Assembly (NCBI GenBank): GCA_964458935.1
Contig: CAYWKS010000011.1
Location: 45,764-69,763 of the forward strand
Length of the DNA: 24,000 nt
Direction: 5' to 3'
Origin: an uncultured Planctomycetaceae bacterium
GTDB lineage: Bacteria > Planctomycetota > Phycisphaerae > Phycisphaerales > Zrk34
Of this stretch, positions 15,032-24,000 are shown piece by piece. The position numbers were made by a program, and so were the translations under genes. A model generated the notes under the pieces. It was not told the origin of the DNA and made no database searches. It saw nothing but the letters and a program-made list of their open reading frames with translations. How positions within the stretch are numbered: position 1 is the first letter of the stretch; each line of letters begins with the position of its first letter.

Positions 15032-16332
15032 ACGCGGCGCTGCGATCGGGCTTGAGTACACTGTGCGTCATGACCTTGCAGGGCGATCCCAAGCGGGCGG
15101 CGGCGGAGAAGATCGTGGGCGTGCTCCACGACGCCGGCCATGTCGCCTACCTCGCCGGCGGGTGCGTGCGGGACATGCTGCTGGGTATGGCGGCCAAGGA
15201 CTACGACGTGGCCACAGACGCCCCGCCGCCACGCATCGCCGAGCTGTTCCACAACACCCGCCACGTCGGCGAGGCGTTCGGCGTCATGCTCGTCCGACTC
15301 ATGCGGTGCGAGATCGAGGTCGCCACCTTCCGCGCCGAGTCGGGCTACAGCGATGGCCGACGCCCCGACCACGTGCACTTCACCGATGCCGAGCACGATG
15401 CGCGACGCCGCGACTTCACGATCAACGGCCTGTTCTACGACCCCCGCGAGGATCGGGTCGTCGACTACGTCGACGGCCGGGCCGACCTGCAGCGCGGCGT
15501 CGTCCGGGCGATCGGCGACCCGGACGCGCGACTGGGCGAGGACTATCTGCGGATGCTGCGGGCGGTGCGGTTCGCGGCGCGACTGGGGTTCGTCATCGAC
15601 CCGCCGACCCGCGCCGCCATCGAACGCCATGCCCCGCGGCTGGGCTTCATCAGCCGCGAGCGGATCGGCATGGAGATGCGGCTGATCGTGACCGGGCCCA
15701 ACGCCGCCGATGGCGTCGAGCTGCTCCAGGCCCTGGCGCTGGATGCGCCCGCCTTCGACGGCCCGCACGTCCGCCCCGATATCGCGACGCTGCGGCGGCT
15801 GGATCAGCCCGGCGTCGCCCTGGCGCTGACGGCGGTGCTGATCGATCGTCACATCGACCGCGAGGCCGCCCGCGATCCGGCAGCGGCGCTGGACCGCGTC
15901 AAGGCGGTGCGGCTCGTTCGACAGTGGCGCAGCGCACTGGCGCTGAGCAACGACGAGCGGGATCGCATGGCGGCGCTGCTCGGCGGCCTGCGGGAGCTGT
16001 TCGACTGGAACGCACTCACGGTCGCTCGAAAGAAGCGGACGCTCGCCCGGCCGCAGTGGCAGGAGCTGTCGGCCCTGTTCGAGGCGTTCACGGCGGTGTA
16101 CGGGCTCGGCACCCATCGGGTCGACCTGGCGGATGTGCCGCCGTTGCAGGCCGAGGGTGTGGCGCCGCGGCCGCTGATCGGCGGCGACGACCTGGTCGCG
16201 GCGGGGTTCGCGCCGGGCCCGATGTTCAAGCGGGTGCTCGACGCGGTGTACGACGCGCAATTGGAGCACCGCGTGACCGACCGCGGTTCAGCCCTGGCGT
16301 TGGCGCAGCAGTTGGCGGCACAGCAGTGCTGA
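15028..16332 (+). CDS. cca: CCA tRNA nucleotidyltransferase / poly(A) polymerase family, 434 aa
   Basis: GGCVRDMLLG, DYDVAT (DxD) and RRDFTINGLFYD motifs of class II nucleotidyltransferases. ATG 15028 overlaps the rsmD stop (ATGA). ATG 15070 is an in-frame alternative start. Confidence 0.85.
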   Translation: MNAALRSGLSTLCVMTLQGDPKRAAAEKIVGVLHDAGHVAYLAGGCVRDMLLGMAAKDYDVATDAPPPRIAELFHNTRHVGEAFGVMLVRLMRCEIEVATFRAESGYSDGRRPDHVHFTDAEHDARRRDFTINGLFYDPREDRVVDYVDGRADLQRGVVRAIGDPDARLGEDYLRMLRAVRFAARLGFVIDPPTRAAIERHAPRLGFISRERIGMEMRLIVTGPNAADGVELLQALALDAPAFDGPHVRPDIATLRRLDQPGVALALTAVLIDRHIDREAARDPAAALDRVKAVRLVRQWRSALALSNDERDRMAALLGGLRELFDWNALTVARKKRTLARPQWQELSALFEAFTAVYGLGTHRVDLADVPPLQAEGVAPRPLIGGDDLVAAGFAPGPMFKRVLDAVYDAQLEHRVTDRGSALALAQQLAAQQC

Positions 16333-16347
16333 AACGCGCGGCGGTTA

Positions 16348-16377
16348 TTGGCGGGGGCGCCGGTGGTTGTGTAAAAT
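16348..16377 (+). promoter_or_regulatory. candidate promoter of the small lipoprotein gene
   Basis: TTGGCG (16348-16353), 18-nt spacer, TAAAAT (16372-16377), about 38 nt upstream of ATG 16415. It overlaps an 8-bp inverted repeat (16337-16344 with 16378-16385) that could alternatively be a cca terminator stem. Confidence 0.3.
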
Positions 16378-16414
16378 CCGCCGCGTACTTTCACCCCTCG
16401 CAGGGATGCGTCAC

Positions 16415-16639
16415 ATGCGACGACAAGGTTGGCCGGCTGTGGTGTTGACGGGATTGGCCCTGGGCGCGGGGCTGGCGGCCGCGGCGGGGTGTGAGCCGGC
16501 CCTGTTCCCGGAGAACTCGCCCCGAACGCAGTACGAACGGTTCGATCGGCTGCGAGGCGATTATCGGCCGGCGGACCAGCCCGGCCAGGGCGGCGACAGC
16601 GACCCGGCGCTGCGGCAGAGGCTGGCGCCCAAAGACTGA
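16415..16639 (+). CDS. small lipoprotein (74 aa)
   Basis: MRRQGWPAVVLTGLALGAGLAAAAGC has a lipobox-like AAAGC with Cys. The mature part is short, charged and Pro/Arg/Asp-rich. AGGGA lies ~8 nt upstream of ATG 16415, and ATG 16406 is an alternative start. Confidence 0.55.
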   Translation: MRRQGWPAVVLTGLALGAGLAAAAGCEPALFPENSPRTQYERFDRLRGDYRPADQPGQGGDSDPALRQRLAPKD

Positions 16640-16684
16640 TCGCACAAAGTCGCGCCAAATTACGCAAAAAGTCAAAGCTTTCCG

Positions 16685-16722
16685 TTGTGACTGACCGATT
16701 CATGAGCTAACGTTGGTATTGT
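16685..16722 (+). promoter_or_regulatory. AT-richer promoter-like region upstream of the amidase_2 gene
   Basis: There are two overlapping candidates. One is TTGTGA (16685-16690), a 17-nt spacer and TAACGT (16708-16713). The other is an extended -10, TGgTATTGT (16714-16722). The region 16640-16740 is visibly less GC-rich than its surroundings. Confidence 0.25.
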
Positions 16723-16800
16723 TCTTGCTCAAGTACTGTTTAACCCGACCCGGAGCAGTCCTTGCCGACCACGCGAACGAAGCAACGCACCCAGGCGTCA

Positions 16801-17409
16801 ATGATCCCGCGGCGCACGGTCGTGGTCTGGGCGGCGCTGATCGGGTCGATGACCGTCTCCGCGGGGCTGCTGTTCTGGCTGGAGCCCGGGCCCATCGCCC
16901 CGGCCAACACCAGCCTCTCGCTCTCGGTGGTCGCCCGCGGCGATTCGGCTCGTCCGGTGCTCTTCCAGACCGCGCAACCGCTGCGGTCGGAACTGTGGGA
17001 TCGCATCGTCATCCATCACTCCGGCACGGCGTCGGGCAACGCCGCGACGATCGGCCAGACACACAGCGCCCTGGGTTACGGGTCTTTGGGGTATCACTTC
17101 GTGATCGGCAACGGGCACGGCGCCAATGACGGGTTGGTGCAGATCGGCCCGCGGTGGCAGCAGCAGGCCGAAGGCGCCTATGAGCCACGCACCGTGTCCA
17201 TCTGCCTCGTCGGCAACGGCGACCAGGCACCCCCGACGCGGGCGCAGTTCAATCAGTTGGTGGCGTTGATCCGGGCGCTGCAGCAGCGGCTGGACATCGG
17301 CGTCGACAACGTGGTCCCGCACAGCCAACTCGCCCCGACGACCAGCCCGGGCGAGCACTTCCCGATGAACGCGGTTCGGGTGCAACTGGCCGGCCTCGCC
17401 GCACATTAG
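16801..17409 (+). CDS. membrane-anchored N-acetylmuramoyl-L-alanine amidase (amidase_2/PGRP) domain protein, 202 aa
   Basis: ATG 16801 (the track ORF opens at TTG 16762). N-terminal TM helix (VVVWAALIGSMTVSAGLLFWL). Amidase_2 blocks are IVIHHSG, LGYHFVIGNG, SICLVGNG and VVPHSQLAPTTSPGEHFP. Confidence 0.8.
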   Translation: MIPRRTVVVWAALIGSMTVSAGLLFWLEPGPIAPANTSLSLSVVARGDSARPVLFQTAQPLRSELWDRIVIHHSGTASGNAATIGQTHSALGYGSLGYHFVIGNGHGANDGLVQIGPRWQQQAEGAYEPRTVSICLVGNGDQAPPTRAQFNQLVALIRALQQRLDIGVDNVVPHSQLAPTTSPGEHFPMNAVRVQLAGLAAH

Positions 17410-17422
17410 AACCCGTTTGATA

Positions 17423-17443
17423 CCCGGTCGCGGCTTCACCGGG
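17423..17443 (+). terminator. hairpin just after the amidase_2 stop
   Basis: CCCGGT (17423-17428) pairs with ACCGGG (17438-17443) around a 9-nt loop, and starts 14 nt after stop codon 17407-17409. There is no U-run. Confidence 0.2.
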
Positions 17444-17506
17444 CCTACCATGATGTCGATAGATGTGCACGGGCACGGGTGCGCGTCGCGTGCGTCACGT
17501 GATGCG

Positions 17507-17535
17507 TTGCACGGGCGAGGGTGCTGCCGTATTGT
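17507..17535 (+). promoter_or_regulatory. candidate promoter of the kinase gene
   Basis: TTGCAC (17507-17512), 17-nt spacer, TATTGT (17530-17535), giving a ~120-nt leader to ATG 17665. Confidence 0.3.
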
Positions 17536-17664
17536 TGCCGGCGTTGTTCGCATCGCACGCACCGGGGGCTTGCCCACGCCCTGCGACGCACAACCGACGC
17601 GGCGGGATCGCGTGCCGTGACCGGTTGGAACGCGCCGTCGGCGAAGCCAGAGGATGACACGGCC

Positions 17665-18534
17665 ATGGCCGGGATGGACCTGAACGACCAGTTGGGCGGC
17701 TACGAGTTGTTGAGCGTGCTCGGCCATGGCGCGAACAGCACCATCTACGCGGTGACCGATCCCAAGGACAGCCACGTCTACGCGATCAAGCGGGTGATCG
17801 TCCGCTCGCCCAGCGACCAGCGTTTCGTGGATCAGGCGCTGACCGAACACGAGATCGCGGCGAAGCTCGATCACCCGGCGCTGCGGCGGAGCTATCGCAT
17901 CATCCGCCGCCGCAAGGTGCTCAAGACCTCCGAACTGCTGGTGCTGATGGAGTTCGTGGACGGGCAGACGATGGAGCAGCACCGACCCCAGACGCTGGAC
18001 AAGGCGATACGCCTGTTCGCCGAGGCGGCGGACGGGCTGGCGGCGATGCATCGTGCGGGGTTCGTGCACTGCGACATCAAGCCCAACAACCTCATGGTCA
18101 CGCCCGACCAGCAGGTGAAGATCATCGACTTCGGCCAGGCGTGCGCCGTGAACACCACCAAGAAGCGGATCCAAGGCACGCCGGACTACATCGCCCCCGA
18201 ACAGGTGCTGCGCCGGGCGATGACCGCGCGGACGGACGTGTACAATCTGGGCGCGACGATGTACTGGTGCTTCACCCGCCGGCACGTGCCGACGCTGATC
18301 CCCAAGGGCAGCGACAACGGCCACCCGCGGCGGGCGGAGCTGGTGCCGCCCAGCGAGCTCAATGCGTCGCTGCCCAAGGCGTTGAACGCGCTGATCCTGC
18401 ACTGCGTGCAGACCGAGCCGACCGAGCGGCCGGGCACGATCGCCGAGGTGCGTGACCGGCTGCAGATCGTGCTCTCGCAGGTCGATCGCAGCGGCGAGAC
18501 CGGCGTCATGCCCGCGCTGAACGGGGGCAAGTAG
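17665..18534 (+). CDS. Hanks-type Ser/Thr protein kinase, catalytic domain only (289 aa)
   Basis: LGHGANSTIYAV P-loop and YAIKRV (VAIK-type Lys). Catalytic loop HCDIKPNNLMV, DFGQAC (DFG) and GTPDYIAPEQ (APE). ATG 17665 follows AGAGGA. There is no TM segment or sensor domain. Confidence 0.88.
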   Translation: MAGMDLNDQLGGYELLSVLGHGANSTIYAVTDPKDSHVYAIKRVIVRSPSDQRFVDQALTEHEIAAKLDHPALRRSYRIIRRRKVLKTSELLVLMEFVDGQTMEQHRPQTLDKAIRLFAEAADGLAAMHRAGFVHCDIKPNNLMVTPDQQVKIIDFGQACAVNTTKKRIQGTPDYIAPEQVLRRAMTARTDVYNLGATMYWCFTRRHVPTLIPKGSDNGHPRRAELVPPSELNASLPKALNALILHCVQTEPTERPGTIAEVRDRLQIVLSQVDRSGETGVMPALNGGK

Positions 18535-18555
18535 CCCCCCGGGGGCCGCGCACGG

Positions 18556-18576
18556 TGCCGGAGCCCGGCATGTGTT
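18556..18576 (+). terminator. short hairpin plus U-rich tract after the kinase gene
   Basis: TGCCGG (18556-18561) pairs with CCGGCA (18565-18570) around a 3-nt loop, followed by TGTGTT. It lies between the convergent kinase and trpE stops. Confidence 0.3.
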
Positions 18577-18586
18577 CACGCTTGCC

Positions 18587-20116
<1,530 letters not shown>

Positions 20117-20396
20117 GGTTCGCGAGAGTTTAACACCCTTCAACTCCCCGTGGCGACCTGCCGCGGCGCCAGCGTAGTCCGCAATACGCCGGTCCTGAGC
20201 AGCGCCTGCGACGAAGGACCGGATCTCTGCGCGATGCCACCCGATCCGGCCCTTCGCTGCGCTCAGAACCGGCACGCGGACTTGGATGGGCCTGGGCTGA
20301 GCCGGGCCGTGCGTTGTCGAGGCCATCGGGTCTGCGTGAAGAAGCGGCGGCATCGCGCGCGATCGGGATACGTTAACATGTCAATCGAGGTGCACC

Positions 20397-21212
20397 ATGC
20401 GAATCATCCGGTATCTCGATGACGATGGCGTGGTCCATCATGGGCACGACCCCTCCGAGGCATTCACCGACGCGGAGTTGCTCGACGGCGAACCACCGGC
20501 GGACCTGAAGCCCACCGGTCGGCGGGTCAAGGTCGGCCGGCTGCTTTGCCCGATCTATCCCCGCGCCATCCTGTGCATCGGGCTGAACTATCGGCGTCAC
20601 GCCGAGGAAACCGGCGCGGCACTGCCCGAGCATCCGGTGCTGTTCATGAAGAACCCCGGCGCGGCGCATCATCCCAACGAGCCGATCACCCTTCCGCGTT
20701 GCTCGCTCGGCCCGGAAGTCGACTACGAGGTCGAGCTCGCCGTGGTGATCGGCAAGCCGGCGCGGGACGTGGCCGAAGCCGACGCGCTTCAGTATGTGCT
20801 GGGCTACACGGTGGCGAACGATGTGTCGGCGCGGCGCTGGCAGAAGCACGGCGGCGCGGGCCAGTGGATCCGAGGCAAGAGCTTCGACACGTTCTGCCCG
20901 TCCGGGCCCTGTCTCGTCACCCCCGACGAGGTCCCCGACCCGCAGGACCTGGCGTTATCGACGACCCTGAACGGCCGGGTCATGCAGCAATCCAACACGT
21001 CGGACATGATCTTCTCGGTCGCGAGACTGATCTCGGAGTTGAGCCGGGACATGACGCTGCTGCCGGGGACGCTGCTGCTGACCGGCACGCCGGAGGGCGT
21101 CGGCGTGGCGCGTGAGCCGAAGGTCTTTCTCAAGGACGGCGATACGGTCACCTGCACCATCGACCGCATCGGCGAACTGACCAACCCGATCAAGGCATAC
21201 GAAGACCACTGA
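20397..21212 (+). CDS. fumarylacetoacetate hydrolase (FAH) family protein, 271 aa
   Basis: ILCIGLNYRRHAEE, VDYEVELAVVIGK, LGYTVANDVSAR, KSFDTFCPSGP and LLLTGTPEGVG blocks typical of FAH-family hydratases/hydrolases. GAGG lies 6 nt upstream of ATG 20397. Confidence 0.9.
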   Translation: MRIIRYLDDDGVVHHGHDPSEAFTDAELLDGEPPADLKPTGRRVKVGRLLCPIYPRAILCIGLNYRRHAEETGAALPEHPVLFMKNPGAAHHPNEPITLPRCSLGPEVDYEVELAVVIGKPARDVAEADALQYVLGYTVANDVSARRWQKHGGAGQWIRGKSFDTFCPSGPCLVTPDEVPDPQDLALSTTLNGRVMQQSNTSDMIFSVARLISELSRDMTLLPGTLLLTGTPEGVGVAREPKVFLKDGDTVTCTIDRIGELTNPIKAYEDH

Positions 21213-21312
21213 GGCACCGCTCCGCCGCGAGGCCGCAGTCAAGTCGCTGCCTGCTGCACGGCGGCGTTGCATCTTCGCCAGTGTGCGTCGCTGTGCCTCG
21301 GTGGCGGATTGC

Positions 21313-22980
21313 CTATCCCCAGGGCCGGCCCTTGGCATCGGTGCCGCAGAGGCAGACCTTCATGCCCATCTGCTGGGCCATGGCGGCCCTGGCGAACATG
21401 GCCTTGTCGGCGTCAGCGGCGGTGGTGGCGTAGACGACGTTGAGGTGGTTGGCCTTATGCCGGGCCATCATCTGGTCGCGGGTCACGCCGTAGGTCACCG
21501 CGTGCATGATGGGCCACGGGGGCGTGGTGGCGTCCCAGCGGCGCTGGGTTTCCTGCAGGGGCAGTTCGATGACCTTGGCGCGGCCGAGGTCCATGCAGAG
21601 CTCGCCCTTCTCAATGAAGACGCGGCTCCAGACGATCTCGCCCGGGCGGGCGATGCCGCGGAGGGTGGAACCACCGAGCCGGAAGTACATCGGTGGCTGG
21701 CGGAAGCCTTCGGAGCCGGCCCAGCCGCCGATGTGGTGCGCCGGGGGCGCCGAACCGGAGATCAGGAAGACCCAGACGTACTCGTCGGTGGTACCGGACT
21801 GGTCCCAGTCACCCCAGCGCAGGTCGTGGAGCGTGGTCTCGGGCGGCTGGCCCATGGCGCGGTGGACACGGTACGTCATCAGCGCATCCAACCCGCAACA
21901 CTCGTCGACTTCGTTAAAGTGCGGCAGGGGCTCGCCTTCATACAACTGCTTGCCGCCGTCGTGGTCCCAGACCGGCGGGCGGTGGGCGTTGTTGAGCGTG
22001 CCTTCGACCAGGTCGCTGGCGGGCAGCAGGTCCTTCAGGCCCTGCTGGTACTGGATGCCGATGGTGTGGCAGCCGAACTCGTCGGCGATCCGAAGCGCCG
22101 CGGCGTACATCTTGCACTGCTGCAGGACCTGGTGCTCGGTCAGGTCGTTCGCCTCGTCCGGGCCGAGGTGGAACGTCATGCCCTGGTCGAGGTACCACTG
22201 GTAGATGCGTCGGGCGTCGTCGTCGGCGACGCGGGTGGTTTCGTAGTACAGCGCCGACTGGCTGAGACGTTCCTTGAACACGCCGGTCGGGTTGAGCAGG
22301 TGGTCGGGGATGATGGCGTTGAACATGCCCATGCAACCCTCGTCGAAGACGCCGAGGATCGCCTTCTCGGTCTTGAGCTGGTCGGCGAGCGCCTTGCCGA
22401 GCTTCCGCTCCTTGGCGGGGACCTTGACGTCGTCGAGCTTGACGACGTGGTCGGTCTTGTGGGAGCAGCGGCCCTTGTCGAGCCACTGGCCGAGCTTCTT
22501 GGTGAACTGCTTGTCGGTGAAGTCCTCGGACCAGAGGGTGGAGTATTTCACGCCCGCCTTCGTCAGCGAGCCGTTGAGGTTCAGCATGCCCACCAGCCCG
22601 GGCCAGGTGCCCGACCAGTTGGCGACGGTGAGGATGGGCCCGCGGTGGGTCATCAGCCCGTGCAGGATGTGGTGGGAATACTGCCAGACGCTCTCGGCGA
22701 CGATGAGCGGCGCGTCGGGGTCGATGCCCGCGAACACGCACATGCCCTCCTTCTGGTTGCCGATGAAGCCGTGGCCCTGATCCGCCTTGTAGGGGTGGGC
22801 GCGGACGAGCTTGTAGCCGGCGGCCTTGACGGCGGCGGCGAGCGTGTCTTCCATCTCCTTCTGGGCGGGCCAGCACTTCTGGTTGGCGCTGAGCCGCAGG
22901 TCGCCGTTGGCGATCAGCAGCACGTCATTCTTGCCGGCCTTCTTCGGCTGGGGCGGTTGGGGAATGTCATAGTCAGCCAT
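21313..22980 (-). CDS. fucI: L-fucose isomerase family protein, 555 aa
   Basis: By-eye correspondence with E. coli FucI blocks. [10 protein letters not shown] matches [19 protein letters not shown] matches [17 protein letters not shown] matches LINSGSAAL and MYFRLGGST matches EYFRGGGYS. ...[21 protein letters not shown] matches ...[21 protein letters not shown]. Divergent from a FucU gene. Confidence 0.75.
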   Translation of the reverse strand: MADYDIPQPPQPKKAGKNDVLLIANGDLRLSANQKCWPAQKEMEDTLAAAVKAAGYKLVRAHPYKADQGHGFIGNQKEGMCVFAGIDPDAPLIVAESVWQYSHHILHGLMTHRGPILTVANWSGTWPGLVGMLNLNGSLTKAGVKYSTLWSEDFTDKQFTKKLGQWLDKGRCSHKTDHVVKLDDVKVPAKERKLGKALADQLKTEKAILGVFDEGCMGMFNAIIPDHLLNPTGVFKERLSQSALYYETTRVADDDARRIYQWYLDQGMTFHLGPDEANDLTEHQVLQQCKMYAAALRIADEFGCHTIGIQYQQGLKDLLPASDLVEGTLNNAHRPPVWDHDGGKQLYEGEPLPHFNEVDECCGLDALMTYRVHRAMGQPPETTLHDLRWGDWDQSGTTDEYVWVFLISGSAPPAHHIGGWAGSEGFRQPPMYFRLGGSTLRGIARPGEIVWSRVFIEKGELCMDLGRAKVIELPLQETQRRWDATTPPWPIMHAVTYGVTRDQMMARHKANHLNVVYATTAADADKAMFARAAMAQQMGMKVCLCGTDAKGRPWG

Positions 22981-23081
22981 GGCGTAAGGCGCTCCGTGAA
23001 TTGTCGGCCAGGCCCGGGGCCTGTGATCGGGTAGGTGCCGGCCAATCTACCCGCTTCAGGCTGTCCGCGTCCAGCAGGCGG

Positions 23082-23090
23082 TGGTATGCT
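23082..23090 (+). promoter_or_regulatory. extended -10 candidate for fucU
   Basis: TGgTATGCT at 23082-23090. GGAG at 23111-23114 lies 8 nt upstream of ATG 23123. There is no convincing -35. Confidence 0.3.
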
Positions 23091-23122
23091 CTACGCATAC
23101 CCGCTCACGTGGAGTCCCGACC

Positions 23123-23575
23123 ATGCTCAAGGGCAAGATCATCCACCCCGAAATCCTCGCGGCGCTGGGCAGCGCCGGCCACGGCTCGAAGATCCTCATC
23201 GCCGACGGCAACTACCCCGCCTCGACCACGCTCGGGCCCAACGCCATGCTGGTCAACCTCAACCTCGCACCGGGGCTGATCAACGGCACGGACACGCTGG
23301 CGGCGATCGCCGCGGCCGTGCCCATCGAAGCCGCCGCCGTCATGCAGACCCTCAAGTCCGGGCCCTATGCCATGAAGGATGATCCGCCCATCTGGAACGA
23401 GTTCCGCCAGGTCCTTCACGACGCCGGCGCCGACATCGAACTGGATTCGATCGAGCGGCACGAGTTTTACGAGACCGCGGGGCAGACCGACGTCGCGCTG
23501 ACCATCCTCACCGGCGAGCAACGCATTTACGCCAATCTGCTGCTGACGATCGGTGTGGTGATGGGGCCCAAGTAA
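23123..23575 (+). CDS. fucU: RbsD/FucU family sugar mutarotase, 150 aa
   Basis: MLKGKIIHPEILAALGSAGHGSKILIADGNYP is the family-defining N-terminus, including the GHG and IADxNYP motifs. It ends YANLLLTIGVV. Adjacent to and divergent from the fucI-like gene. Confidence 0.85.
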   Translation: MLKGKIIHPEILAALGSAGHGSKILIADGNYPASTTLGPNAMLVNLNLAPGLINGTDTLAAIAAAVPIEAAAVMQTLKSGPYAMKDDPPIWNEFRQVLHDAGADIELDSIERHEFYETAGQTDVALTILTGEQRIYANLLLTIGVVMGPK

Positions 23576-23653
23576 GCGCGGCCCGCCGCGACGTGTCAGC
23601 ATCATCGCGCTGCCCTTCGGGTCGCGGCTAAACGGGCGGACTACCATCCCAAC

Positions 23654-24000
23654 ATGGCGAATCCTTCTCCGCTCATCACGCACCACGACGCCGGCGACGT
23701 TGAGATGATGGCGTTCGGCCGGGACATCGCCATCGTCGCGATCCACGACATGGTCGAGACCGAGTACGGGCGGCTGCGGAATCGCGCGGCGATGATGGAC
23801 TGCCCCCACCGGGCGCTGATCGAACTGGCCGGCGGCGATCGGCATGACTTCCTGCATCGCATGCTCACCAACGACTGCGCCCCGGGGAGCACGAGAACCC
23901 AGCCGGGCAGCGTGACGCGGCAGCTCTTGCTCGATCGGCAGGGCCGAATCACGGCCGACCTCGTGCAACTCGAGGCGGCCGACCGGACCTACCTGGACAC
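23654..24000 (+). CDS. YgfZ/GcvT-like folate-binding (aminomethyltransferase-fold) protein, N-terminal fragment running off the window
   Basis: This is my own translation from ATG 23654; it is absent from the track because no stop is reached. It reads MANPSPLITHHDAGDVEMMAFGRDIAIVAIHDMVETEYGRLRNRAAMMDCPHRALIELAGGDRHDFLHRMLTNDCAPGS...LLLDRQGRITADL. The blocks RALIEL.G.DR..FLH...TND and LL...GRI..D are typical of this family. Confidence 0.55.
   Translation, partial: MANPSPLITHHDAGDVEMMAFGRDIAIVAIHDMVETEYGRLRNRAAMMDCPHRALIELAGGDRHDFLHRMLTNDCAPGSTRTQPGSVTRQLLLDRQGRITADLVQLEAADRTYLD

Noticed and set aside
16337-16385. 8-bp inverted repeat (CGCGGCGG / CCGCCGCG) after the cca stop as an intrinsic terminator
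   Set aside because: The 33-nt loop is long, no U-run follows (TACTTTC), and the element overlaps the promoter-like TTGGCG-N18-TAAAAT. The signal is ambiguous, so it is mentioned only in the promoter evidence.
14985-16448. 487-aa plus-strand and 420-aa minus-strand (15007-16269) ORFs overlapping cca
   Set aside because: These are an alternative frame and an antisense frame of the CCA-adding enzyme gene. Their translations are Arg/Gly/Pro/Ala-rich without motifs.
20117-20396. Possible trp leader/attenuator upstream of trpE
   Set aside because: The 280-bp divergent region has one imperfect hairpin (20216-20252). It has no small leader ORF with tandem Trp codons, no terminator/antiterminator pair followed by a U-run, and no T-box-like features that I can see. 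The in-frame upstream extension of trpE (to 20353) contains only one Trp.

Overview
This is a bacterial chromosomal segment of roughly 70% GC (by-eye estimate) with very strong third-position GC bias. The gene content (Cys-type sulfatase, PEP-CTERM protein, HYExAFE-motif protein, Hanks-type kinase) suggests Planctomycetota, possibly Phycisphaerae; that is an unverified inference. I support 22 protein-coding genes, one truncated at the right edge. I recognise no rRNA, tRNA, CRISPR array or transposase. From left to right the window holds a fused indolepyruvate:ferredoxin oxidoreductase-family enzyme and a secreted sulfatase. A minus-strand run follows, in coordinate order: compact beta-ketoacyl synthase, bioB, three tiny envelope proteins, a HYExAFE/nuclease-fold protein and a PEP-CTERM protein. 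Next comes a ~700-bp gene-free gap, then hisS. A head-to-head pair of paralogous SAM methyltransferases heads two divergent RNA-maturation gene strings (MT1-hisS and MT2-rsmD-cca). After these come a small lipoprotein, a membrane-anchored amidase_2/PGRP-like protein with substituted active-site residues, a minimal Ser/Thr kinase and trpE. The window ends with an FAH-family hydrolase, a fucI-like isomerase, fucU and the start of a YgfZ/GcvT-like protein. Many very long ORFs in the track are antisense or off-frame shadows typical of high-GC DNA and are rejected. Five things are most worth a second look: (1) the three-gene cassette of tiny envelope proteins behind a near-consensus leaderless promoter, next to the HYExAFE protein; (2) the back-to-back paralogous methyltransferases separated by 19 bp; (3) the gene-free gap with an orphan intrinsic terminator; (4) the probably non-catalytic PGRP-like protein; (5) the bioB-linked compact KAS. 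All promoter and terminator calls are sequence-pattern calls only. All family assignments come from motifs I recognise by eye, not from searches.
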